32,000 nt of DNA from Deferrisomatales bacterium (lineage in GTDB: Bacteria; Desulfobacterota; Deferrisomatia; Deferrisomatales; Deferrisomataceae), in NCBI GenBank assembly GCA_024277875.1, contig JAJRUI010000107.1:1-32000 (forward strand), given 5' to 3'. Positions within the stretch are counted from its first letter, which is position 1. Every line of letters begins with the position of its first letter. The notes beneath the pieces were generated by a model that saw only the letters and a list, made by a program, of their open reading frames with translations, did no database searches and was not told where the DNA came from. Of the stretch, positions 7,729 through 15,030 are shown in pieces. The translations under genes and the position numbers were made by a program.

Positions 7729-8313
7729 CTACTGGACCACCGACAGGTCGCCGCCGCTCCACCGGCGGAACAGGTCGTGTTCCACGCCCAGGGCGTCCAG
7801 GGCCTTGCCCACGGTCTGGTCCACAATCTCCCGGATCGTCTTGGGCCGGTGGTAGAACGCGACCATCGGGGGCAGGATCACGGCGCCCAGGTCGGCGCAC
7901 TTGCGCAGGATCTCCAGGTGTCCCTTGTGCAGCGGCGTCTCCCGGAACAAGATCACCAGCCGCCGCCGCTCCTTGAGGGTCACGTCCGCGGCGCGCACCA
8001 GCAGGTTCTCGTTGTACGAGTTGGCGATCGCGGACGCGGTCTTCACCGAGCACGGCGCCACCACCATGCCGTGGGTCAGGAACGACCCGCTGGCGATCGC
8101 AGCGCCCACGTCCTCCACGTCGTGGCAAACGTCGGCCAGGGCCTCCACCTGCTCCACGGTGTGGTCGCTCTCGAGCACGATGTTGCGGCGGCTCGCCTTC
8201 GACAGCACCAGGTGGGACTCCACGTCCGCCTCCCGGAGCACCTCCAGGATCCGGATTCCGTACTGGGGGCCGGTGGCCCCCGAGATGCCGACGACGATCC
8301 GTTTGCGCGCCAT
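7729..8313 (-). CDS. ubiX: UbiX flavin prenyltransferase (prFMN synthase), 194 aa
   Basis: The start was moved to the ATG at 8313 (GGGAGAGGA upstream). Motifs: MARKRIVVGISGATGPQYG, VVAPCSVKTASAIANSY, RERRRLVILFRETPLH, ILPPMVAFYHRPKT. Confidence 0.9.
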   Translation of the reverse strand: MARKRIVVGISGATGPQYGIRILEVLREADVESHLVLSKASRRNIVLESDHTVEQVEALADVCHDVEDVGAAIASGSFLTHGMVVAPCSVKTASAIANSYNENLLVRAADVTLKERRRLVILFRETPLHKGHLEILRKCADLGAVILPPMVAFYHRPKTIREIVDQTVGKALDALGVEHDLFRRWSGGDLSVVQ

Positions 8314-8347
8314 GTTCCTCTCCCGTCTGTAGCCGGCTTCCGAACAA

Positions 8348-8395
8348 GCGACCTGCTCCGCGCCCCACGGGTGGGGTTTTTGAGCATCCTGGTCG
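8348..8395. repeat. Palindromic intergenic repeat, copy C (REP-like family)
   Basis: GCGACCTGCTCCGCGCCCCACGGGTGGGGTTTTTGAGCATCCTGGTCG. It shares CCCCAYGGRNGGGGTTTTT-[C/G]AGCA[T/G]CCTG with the copies at 16803-16853 and 28256-28296. It lies in the ubiD3-ubiX gap. Confidence 0.5.
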
Positions 8396-8396
8396 T

Positions 8397-9734
8397 TTAC
8401 GCGCCCCGGGCCGTCCGTAGCAGGGCCTCGGCCCGGTCCTGCGCCGTTGCCTGCACGACCGAGCGCACGCGGCCCCGGGTGCGCTCGTACCCGGTGGCGT
8501 CCAGGCCCAGTTTGGACGTGCGCAGGGGCTCGGGGCAAGAGGGGTCGATCGGCGACCCCCGCCGGCCGGTTACGGTCACCGCGTCCCGGTCGGGCTGGAA
8601 CCGGGTGGCCACCGACCACGCGACCCCGGCCGAGTCGGACGGGTCCACGTCGTCGGCCACCAGCACCACGTGTTTGACTCCGTCCAGGTCGAGGAGCGCC
8701 CCGAGCAGGGTCTGCACCCGGCCGGCCGGGGCCGGGGCCACCTGGACGACCACCGAGCCGCCCAGGGTGCGGGGCACCACGTGGCACCGCCCGAGTTCCG
8801 GGAACCTCGGCGCTGCCCGGGTGGCCACCAGGGCCTCGGTGGTGAGGGCCAGGAGCAGGTCCCCCTCGGGGCCGTCGGGCAGCAGCGCGTGGTACAGCGC
8901 CCCCTCCCGGTGGGTGATCCGCCGGACCCGCAGGGTGGGGGACGCCGGGAACACGCCCGCGTACCCCCCGATCTCGCCCATGGGCCCGTCCACCCGTTCG
9001 TCGTCCGGGTCCACCTCGCCCTCGATCAGGAACTCGGCCAGGGCCGGCACCTCGATGCCGGTGGCAGCCGCCCGGACCACCGGGACGGGGTCGCCCCGGA
9101 GCCCCCCGGCCACCGCGAGCTTGTCCACCCCCGGCGGAGCCTTGAGGGCGAACGCCGCCAGGGTCAGGGGGTCGACCCCGATGGTCACCGCCACGGGCAG
9201 GGGCTCTCCCCGGGCCTTGTGGGCCGCGTACAGGTCGGACAGGGGCGGATTGAGCAGCGCGACCCCGAACTCCCGGTCGCCGCGCACCTCCATCCGGTGG
9301 ATGCCCCGGTGCACCGCGCCCGTGGCCGGGTCCCGGGCCGACACCATGCCGGCGGTCACGAACGGGCCCGCGTCTCCCTCGTAGTGGGTGAGGACCGGCA
9401 TCACCCGCTCGATCGGGTCCCCGGACGAGTCCACCGCCTCCACCGGCCCGCCCCCTGCGAGGACCGGCGCCACGGGTTCGGCCGCGCCGCCGGCCCACCG
9501 GGTCGCCACCCGGTCCGGGTCCACCCCCAGGGCCCACGCGAGCACCTCCCGGCCGTGGAGCAGGTTGCCCACCACCGGCGTCCGGTGGCCGTCCACGGCC
9601 GTGAACCGCACCGCGGTGTCCGGCGCCGCGGCCAGCACGGCCGCGACCTCGTGGCGGGCCGACACCGGCTCGCGCACCTCCAAGAGCCGGCCCCGGTCCT
9701 CCAGGACGCCCAGCGCGTCCCTCAGGTCGCGCAC
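8397..9734 (-). CDS. UbiD-family (de)carboxylase, third paralogue, 445 aa
   Basis: The start was set at the GTG at 9734, 4 nt after the stop of the upstream small gene; the longer ORF overlaps that gene. UbiD-like blocks: GPFVTAGMV, RGIHRM, GVDP, GPMGEIGGYAG. It is more divergent than the other two paralogues. Confidence 0.78.
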   Translation of the reverse strand: MRDLRDALGVLEDRGRLLEVREPVSARHEVAAVLAAAPDTAVRFTAVDGHRTPVVGNLLHGREVLAWALGVDPDRVATRWAGGAAEPVAPVLAGGGPVEAVDSSGDPIERVMPVLTHYEGDAGPFVTAGMVSARDPATGAVHRGIHRMEVRGDREFGVALLNPPLSDLYAAHKARGEPLPVAVTIGVDPLTLAAFALKAPPGVDKLAVAGGLRGDPVPVVRAAATGIEVPALAEFLIEGEVDPDDERVDGPMGEIGGYAGVFPASPTLRVRRITHREGALYHALLPDGPEGDLLLALTTEALVATRAAPRFPELGRCHVVPRTLGGSVVVQVAPAPAGRVQTLLGALLDLDGVKHVVLVADDVDPSDSAGVAWSVATRFQPDRDAVTVTGRRGSPIDPSCPEPLRTSKLGLDATGYERTRGRVRSVVQATAQDRAEALLRTARGA

Positions 9735-9738
9735 GCCC

Positions 9739-9996
9739 CTACCGCCACTCGGGTGGGATCTTGTCGATCCGCTCCACCACCCGCACCGACCACGGCTGGC
9801 CCACCCACTGGCCGCGGCCGAGCCGGGGCCACAGGCGGTCCGGATACCGGTCCGGGTCGGACGAGACCACCGCACGCACGCACCGGCACGCGTACTTTGC
9901 CCGGCCGGCCGTGAGGTCGCGCAGCACCATCTCGGTCTCCTGGTCCTGGGGCACCTCGTCCAAATCGCCCAGAAAAAACGTGTCGTATTCGGTCAT
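9739..9996 (-). CDS. Small 85-aa protein; size and position fit the 10-kDa gamma subunit of phenylphosphate carboxylase
   Basis: The ATG at 9996 has GGAGA 7 nt upstream. Third-position G/C is high. It sits between two UbiD paralogues. The assignment rests on size and context only; I do not recall the reference sequence. Confidence 0.5.
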   Translation of the reverse strand: MTEYDTFFLGDLDEVPQDQETEMVLRDLTAGRAKYACRCVRAVVSSDPDRYPDRLWPRLGRGQWVGQPWSVRVVERIDKIPPEWR

Positions 9997-10026
9997 GGGT
10001 CTGTCTCCGTTTCGGGTCGCGGTGGG

Positions 10027-11475
10027 TCAGTCCGTGAAGCCGTAGCTCTTCCAGTTGGACAGGACCTTCTCCCGGACGTCCTCCGGGTACACGTTGTTGA
10101 ACGACACCAGGATCGGCTTGTCCGACGGCTTCCAGTCCCGGGGGAACAGGCAGTCGAACATCACCTTGGCCCCCCGGCCCCACTTGCGCTCCTCGGGGGA
10201 CGCGAACGGGTTCAGGGGCGTTCCCAGGTGGTTCCGGTAGATGTGGATGTCCGTGGCCGGGTTGCACTTGGTGCACAGGGCGTGAATCACCTCGTCCTTG
10301 TTGTAGATGTCGGTCTTCTCGTCCACCACCACCACCATGTGGAACCACGGGCCGAGCTTGCTGCCGAACACCAGCTGGGCCACCTGGCTCGCGATGCCGC
10401 TGTAGGCGTGGGGCACGCCGACCACCACCAAGTGGTGGGTGGACTCGGGCCACATGTACACCCCGGTCACCGGGATGCCCTGGCTCCGGAGCAGCTTCTC
10501 CATCTCGAGCCCCAGGGAGAACGACCTGAGCAGCTGCCCCTCGTCGGTGGGAACCCCCATGTTGGACACGGTCAGCACCGGGCGCTTGCGCCGGGTGATC
10601 GCCCGCACCCGGTACACGGTACGGGGCTCCCGGGGGGACGTGCGGTACCCGGTGTACTCCCCGAACGGCGCCTCCTCGAGTTCGACGTTGGGCAGGATCT
10701 CGCCCTCGATCACGATCTCGGCGTGGGCCGGCACCATCAGGTCGTTGGTCTCACATTTGACCACCTCGACTGCCTCGCCCATCAGCTGGCCGCAGAACTG
10801 GTCCTCGGGGATCGGGGACGGCGCGCATGCCGCGATCCCGGCCAGGGGGTCCATGCCGATCACCGTGGCGAACGGCATCGGTTCGTTGCGGGGCACGGCC
10901 TTGTTGTGGAACCATTTGCCCATGTCCGAGAACGGCAGCACCGGCCCGACCATGGTCTTCTCGTCGAACACCATCTGGCGGTACATGCCCCAGTTGATCT
11001 CGTCGCTGTCCGGGTCCTTGGCCACGATCATGTGCCAGGTGCACAGGTACCGGCCGCCGTCCCCGTCGTGGACCATGGGGCCGGGCAGGTCGAACAGGTT
11101 GACGTCGTCGCCGGTGACGACCACCTCCTTGACCGGCGCCCCGTCGGACGGGACCACCTTGGGCGGCACCGGCTCGCCCCGGTCGGTGCGTTCCACGTAC
11201 ACCTTGCCGATCTCGGGGATCGACGCGTCCGCGTCGAGCCCCAGGGACAGGGCCAGCTTGCGGTAGGTGGCCAGGGGCGCGCCCAGGGCCTCGAACTCCG
11301 GGTAGTCCTTGATCTTCTTGAAGTACGGCGACGGGCCCTTGCGCTCGCACACCAACCGCACGATCGCGCCCAGTTCCAGGTCCCAGTCCACCTCCTGCTC
11401 CACGGTGACCAGGTCACCGGCCCGGTCCAGGGCCTTCATGAACTCCCGGTTGTCCTTGTAATACGTGTGCGCCAT
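10027..11475 (-). CDS. UbiD-family large subunit of a phenylphosphate-carboxylase-like enzyme (alpha/beta type), 482 aa
   Basis: The start was set at the ATG at 11475 (AGGAG 8 nt upstream); the track start GTG overlaps the ribosome-binding site. UbiD blocks: GGRYLCTW, NWGMYR, PFATVIGMDP, APFGEYTGY. It is adjacent to the KdsC-like delta-subunit gene. Confidence 0.85.
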   Translation of the reverse strand: MAHTYYKDNREFMKALDRAGDLVTVEQEVDWDLELGAIVRLVCERKGPSPYFKKIKDYPEFEALGAPLATYRKLALSLGLDADASIPEIGKVYVERTDRGEPVPPKVVPSDGAPVKEVVVTGDDVNLFDLPGPMVHDGDGGRYLCTWHMIVAKDPDSDEINWGMYRQMVFDEKTMVGPVLPFSDMGKWFHNKAVPRNEPMPFATVIGMDPLAGIAACAPSPIPEDQFCGQLMGEAVEVVKCETNDLMVPAHAEIVIEGEILPNVELEEAPFGEYTGYRTSPREPRTVYRVRAITRRKRPVLTVSNMGVPTDEGQLLRSFSLGLEMEKLLRSQGIPVTGVYMWPESTHHLVVVGVPHAYSGIASQVAQLVFGSKLGPWFHMVVVVDEKTDIYNKDEVIHALCTKCNPATDIHIYRNHLGTPLNPFASPEERKWGRGAKVMFDCLFPRDWKPSDKPILVSFNNVYPEDVREKVLSNWKSYGFTD

Positions 11476-11541
11476 CAGCGGCACTCCTTTCGGCGGGTGA
11501 AGGGGCGCGATCTCCCCGTGAGTCGGCGGTTCCCGGGGCGC

Positions 11542-12084
11542 TCAGCCCCAGCCCATGTTCGAGACCTTGTCCACCAGGGGCTGCCACCGGCCCTGGGCCC
11601 GCAGGATGAACTCGGCGAGTTCCCTGAGCATGCCCTGGCCGCCGGCCCGGCGGGTGACCAGGTGGGCGACGTCCTTGACCTCGGGCGCGCCGTTGGCCGG
11701 GGACACGGCGAACCCGACCCGGCGCATCGCGCCGATGTCGATGATCTCGTCGCCCACGTAGCACACCTCCTCGAGGTCGATCCCGAGCTCTGCGATCAGC
11801 TCCTGCATCTTGGTCCACTTGTCCTTGGCCATGTACACGCGCTTGATCCCGATCTCCTCGGCCCGGGCCAGCACGATCTTGGACTTGCGGGTCATCAGGG
11901 CCACCTCGATCTTGCTCATCATCAGGGCGTTGGCCCCGAACCCGTCGTCGTGGTGGAACGCCTGGAACTTCTCACCGGCCTCGTTGAACAGCACCGTGCC
12001 GCTGGTGAGCACGCCGTGCACGTCGAGCACCACCGCCTGGACCCGCTTGGCCCGTTCGATCGCGTCCATGAAGTCGTAAGCCAT
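11542..12084 (-). CDS. ppcD: KdsC-like HAD protein, phenylphosphate-carboxylase delta-subunit type, 180 aa
   Basis: Colinear with E. coli KdsC (recalled). LDVHGVLTSG corresponds to LDVDGVLSDG, AFHHDDGFG to AFNVRDGYG, and YVGDEIID to YVGDDLID. It sits between two UbiD paralogues, as the delta-subunit gene does in the known ppc cluster. Confidence 0.75.
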   Translation of the reverse strand: MAYDFMDAIERAKRVQAVVLDVHGVLTSGTVLFNEAGEKFQAFHHDDGFGANALMMSKIEVALMTRKSKIVLARAEEIGIKRVYMAKDKWTKMQELIAELGIDLEEVCYVGDEIIDIGAMRRVGFAVSPANGAPEVKDVAHLVTRRAGGQGMLRELAEFILRAQGRWQPLVDKVSNMGWG

Positions 12085-12169
12085 CGGTTTCGGTCCCTTT
12101 CCCGGCCGCCGGCCGTCGTTCGTCGGGGTGCGGGCAACGCGCCCGGCACCCGCGGTTTCCCCGTCCGCG

Positions 12170-13582
12170 TCAGTCGAGCCCCAGTTCCGCCCACCGGGCC
12201 TGAATCCGCTCGAGTACCTCCGCGGACATCTCCACCTGCACCGGCTTGTCCTCCCACTCGAACGGCAGGGTGGCGTCCATGATGATCCGGGAGGTGATGA
12301 ACTTGTTCACCTTGTCGTGGAGCGCCGGGTCCAGCGGGGTGGACCGGCCCCGGTGGATGATCTGGGTGCTGCGCTCCGGGTCGTACCGGGTGGCCAGGGC
12401 CCACCACACCCGGGGCAGGTCGTCGGCCCGGATGTCGTCGTCCACGATGATCAGCCCCTTGAGGCCGTAGGTGCAGGTGTTGCTGGCGATGACGGCCGCG
12501 GCCACCTGGTTCGAGTGGCCCGGGTACATCTGCTTCACCGACACGATCGCCCAGAACCGGCCGCACGCCTCGGGGGGCATGTACACCGACTGGATCCCCC
12601 GGATCCCCATCCGGGTCAGCTCGGTCCACAGGGTGGCGTTGCGCACGAACGCGAGCATCATGTGGTTGTCGTTGACCGGACGGCCCACCGACGCGGCTAG
12701 CAGGATCGGGTCGTCGCGGTGGTAGATCCGGTGCACGTCGATCGCGGGTTTGGGCACCTGTTTGTAGATCTCTTCGGTGTAGTACCCGGTGTACTCCCCG
12801 AACGGCCCCTCGAGCCGGGGGTTGTCCCCATCGATGTACCCTTCGAGCACGATCTCCGCCGTTGCCGGGATCGGCAGGCCCGTGAGCGGCGCCTTGACGA
12901 TCTCCACGGGCTCGCCCCGCAGGGTGCCGACCACGTCGTACTCGTCCGCGTTCTCCACCATGGCGCTGCCCGCGAGCATCAGCAGGGGGTCGCACCCCAC
13001 CACCACGCAGATCGGCATCTTCTGGCCGGCCTTGCGGTACTTCTGGAGGATCCGGTCGCCCCGCTTGCCCTTGAGGATCTGGGCGCCCACGGTGTTCCGG
13101 TCGAGCACCTGGCTCCGGTAGGTGCCCAGGTTGATCTCCCCGGTCTCCGGGTCCTTGACCACCATGAAGCACGCGGTGCCGATGTACCGGCCGCCGTCCT
13201 TCTCGTAGAACTTGGGCGCGGGCAGCTTGTACAGGTCCACGTCGTCGCCCTCGATCACGTTCTCGAACACGGGCCCGGTGTCCACCTCCCTGGACCGGAT
13301 CACCTCGCCGATCGAGAGCTTCATCCACTCGTAGCTCAGGTCGCACATGCTCAGGTGGGGCGGCTTGCCCAGGGCCCGGGCCAGGCGCTTGGTGTTGCTG
13401 TACGCGCCGAACATCACCCGGCCGATGCTGTCCCTGACGTTCTCGAACAGCAGGGCGGGCCCGTCCCGCTCCTCCACCAACTTGGCGATGTGGGACATCT
13501 CCAGGTCCCAGTCCACCTCGGCGGAAACCCGTTTGAGGTCGCCCCCTTCCTCGCACTGCGCGATGAAATCCCGAAGATCCAT
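12170..13582 (-). CDS. UbiD-family large subunit of a phenylphosphate-carboxylase-like enzyme (alpha/beta type), 470 aa
   Basis: The start was moved to the ATG at 13582 (GGGAGG 7 nt upstream; MDLRDFIAQCEEGGDLKRV is a typical UbiD N-terminus). Blocks: GGRYIGT, NLGTYR, PICVVVGCDP, GPFGEYTGYY. Confidence 0.85.
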   Translation of the reverse strand: MDLRDFIAQCEEGGDLKRVSAEVDWDLEMSHIAKLVEERDGPALLFENVRDSIGRVMFGAYSNTKRLARALGKPPHLSMCDLSYEWMKLSIGEVIRSREVDTGPVFENVIEGDDVDLYKLPAPKFYEKDGGRYIGTACFMVVKDPETGEINLGTYRSQVLDRNTVGAQILKGKRGDRILQKYRKAGQKMPICVVVGCDPLLMLAGSAMVENADEYDVVGTLRGEPVEIVKAPLTGLPIPATAEIVLEGYIDGDNPRLEGPFGEYTGYYTEEIYKQVPKPAIDVHRIYHRDDPILLAASVGRPVNDNHMMLAFVRNATLWTELTRMGIRGIQSVYMPPEACGRFWAIVSVKQMYPGHSNQVAAAVIASNTCTYGLKGLIIVDDDIRADDLPRVWWALATRYDPERSTQIIHRGRSTPLDPALHDKVNKFITSRIIMDATLPFEWEDKPVQVEMSAEVLERIQARWAELGLD

Positions 13583-13633
13583 GTCGCTGCCTCCCGGTAC
13601 CCTCGATGGTTTGTGATGAACCCGCGTTTGATT

Positions 13634-13656
13634 GTCAAGGATAGCCGCGCCTTGAC
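13634..13656. promoter_or_regulatory. Inverted repeat GTCAAGG-N9-CCTTGAC in the LysR/ppc divergent region
   Basis: Perfect 7-bp arms at 13634-13640 and 13650-13656. The arms contain TTGACA (minus strand) and TTGACC (plus strand) hexamers. Confidence 0.35.
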
Positions 13657-13669
13657 CCCGAAGCAATTC

Positions 13670-13690
13670 ATATGTTTTTATGCAACATAT
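13670..13690. promoter_or_regulatory. AT-rich dyad ATATGTT-N7-AACATAT, candidate LysR-type regulator box
   Basis: Perfect 7-bp arms in the most AT-rich part of the 143-bp divergent intergenic region, 36 bp upstream of the LysR start codon. Confidence 0.45.
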
Positions 13691-13725
13691 AACCAAAACT
13701 ATGAGCCTGGGGGCAGAGGAGTCCG

Positions 13726-14649
13726 GTGATCAACCTCAACCAGCTGCGGGTGTTCCACGAGGCCGCCCGGTGCCAGAACTTCAGCCAGGCGGCCCGGAAC
13801 CTGTGCGTGACCCAGCCGGCCGTGACCGGCCAGATCCGGGCCCTGGAACGGGCGCTGGCCGTTCCCCTGTTCAAGCGCCGGGGCCGGCGCATGGCCCTGA
13901 CCGAGGCGGGCGCCCTCCTGTACCGCCGGGCCCGGGAGGTGTTCGAGCTGGAACGGGTGATGGAGCGGGAGATCGCCGAGGTCCGGGAACTCAAACGCGG
14001 GCTCCTGAAGATCGGTACCACCCAGACCTACGCCCGGTACCTGATGCCCGACCTGATCTCCCGGTTCCGGGCCGCGTACCCCCAGGTGAAGATCATCCTG
14101 GACGAGGGCAGCTCCCGGGACGTGTGCCGGAGCCTGCTGGACCTGCGGAACGAACTCGCCGTGGTGGCCGGCACGGACGGGATGAAGGGGGTGACGTTCG
14201 TTCCGTTCCGGGACGAAGAGGTGGTGCTGCTGGCGCACCCGGACGACCCCCTGGCCCGGGCGGGGCCCATCCGGTTCGCCGACCTGGACGGCCGCCTCGT
14301 GCTGATGCGGGAGGAGGGATCGAGCACCCACGCCCTGGTGCGGCGGTGCTTCGAGCGCCGGGGCCTGGCGCCCAACGTGCTCGTGGAGACGAGCAACGTG
14401 GACTTCATTAAGGAGATGGTGGAGAAGGGCGAGGGGGTCGCGTTCCTGGTGCGCTCTGCGATCCGACAGGAGGTGGCGTCGGGCCGGGTGCGGGTGGTGA
14501 CCGTGACCGACGAGGCGATGATCCTCCCCGTGTACATCGCACTGCCCGAGGGGCCGGCCCTGTCCCCGGCCGCCCGGGCGTTCCTCGAGATCCTGGAGAG
14601 CGAGAAGTCGGCCGGTGCCCGGGGGCCGGTGGGGGAGCCCCCGGGTTGA
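13726..14649 (+). CDS. LysR-family transcriptional regulator, 307 aa
   Basis: GTG start with GAGGAG 4 nt upstream. The N-terminal wHTH is NLNQLRVFHEAARCQNFSQAARNLCVTQPAVTGQIRALE. A LysR substrate-binding domain follows. It is divergent from the ppc-like operon. Confidence 0.9.
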   Translation: MINLNQLRVFHEAARCQNFSQAARNLCVTQPAVTGQIRALERALAVPLFKRRGRRMALTEAGALLYRRAREVFELERVMEREIAEVRELKRGLLKIGTTQTYARYLMPDLISRFRAAYPQVKIILDEGSSRDVCRSLLDLRNELAVVAGTDGMKGVTFVPFRDEEVVLLAHPDDPLARAGPIRFADLDGRLVLMREEGSSTHALVRRCFERRGLAPNVLVETSNVDFIKEMVEKGEGVAFLVRSAIRQEVASGRVRVVTVTDEAMILPVYIALPEGPALSPAARAFLEILESEKSAGARGPVGEPPG

Positions 14650-15030
14650 TCAGATCCCGTCGCCCGAGTACACGTCCGGGGCCACCCGCTCCGGCTCCTC
14701 GAAGGTCTCCACATGGGCGGGCCGCCGCACGCGCTGGACCGTGCCGTCGGGCCACCGGATCTCCCAGACCACCCCGCGGTCGCTGTGCTCGACCAGGTGC
14801 AGGTACCCGTTCCGCCGGGCCAGGGCGTACGGCAGCGCGACCTGGATCGCGTTGCGGGGGCACACCTTGACGCACGCGTAGCAGTCCCAGCACTCACCGG
14901 GCTCGCGCAGACGGGAGCGCCCCCGGGCGAAGTCCTTGACCACGACGTCCCCGGGGCACACCCGGACGCAGGGCGGCTCGGGGCTCGCCCCGCAGCCGTC
15001 GCACGCTTTCCAGTCGATCACGGCGGGCAC
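14650..15030 (-). CDS. AprB-like iron-sulfur subunit (adenylylsulfate-reductase beta family), 126 aa
   Basis: GTG at 15030 with AGGAGG 6 nt upstream. MPAVIDWKACDGC...PPCVRVCPGD...EPGECWDCYACVKVCPRNAI is colinear with the AprB two-ferredoxin-cluster region, and the WEIRWPDGTVQR tail resembles AprB MWTVKFRNGT (recalled). Confidence 0.8.
   Translation of the reverse strand: MPAVIDWKACDGCGASPEPPCVRVCPGDVVVKDFARGRSRLREPGECWDCYACVKVCPRNAIQVALPYALARRNGYLHLVEHSDRGVVWEIRWPDGTVQRVRRPAHVETFEEPERVAPDVYSGDGI

Noticed and set aside
8360-8381. CCCCACGGGTGGGG plus TTTTT as an intrinsic terminator after the third UbiD gene
   Set aside because: The genes here are on the minus strand. In that orientation the run becomes AAAAA before the hairpin, so it cannot act as a sense terminator. 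It is treated as a REP-like repeat instead.
9388-12282. 964-aa plus-strand ORF, the longest in the track
   Set aside because: It is antisense to two well-supported genes (UbiD-type and KdsC-type). Its product is Arg/Pro/Gly/His-rich and low-complexity with no motifs. This is a typical stop-poor shadow frame of GC-rich DNA.
13680-13695. Sigma54-like TGGTTATATGTTGCAT (minus strand) upstream of the ppc-like operon
   Set aside because: The GG-to-GC spacing is one base shorter than in TGGCAC-N5-TTGC, and the -24 region matches poorly (TGGTTA). It more likely forms part of the AT-rich LysR-type dyad.
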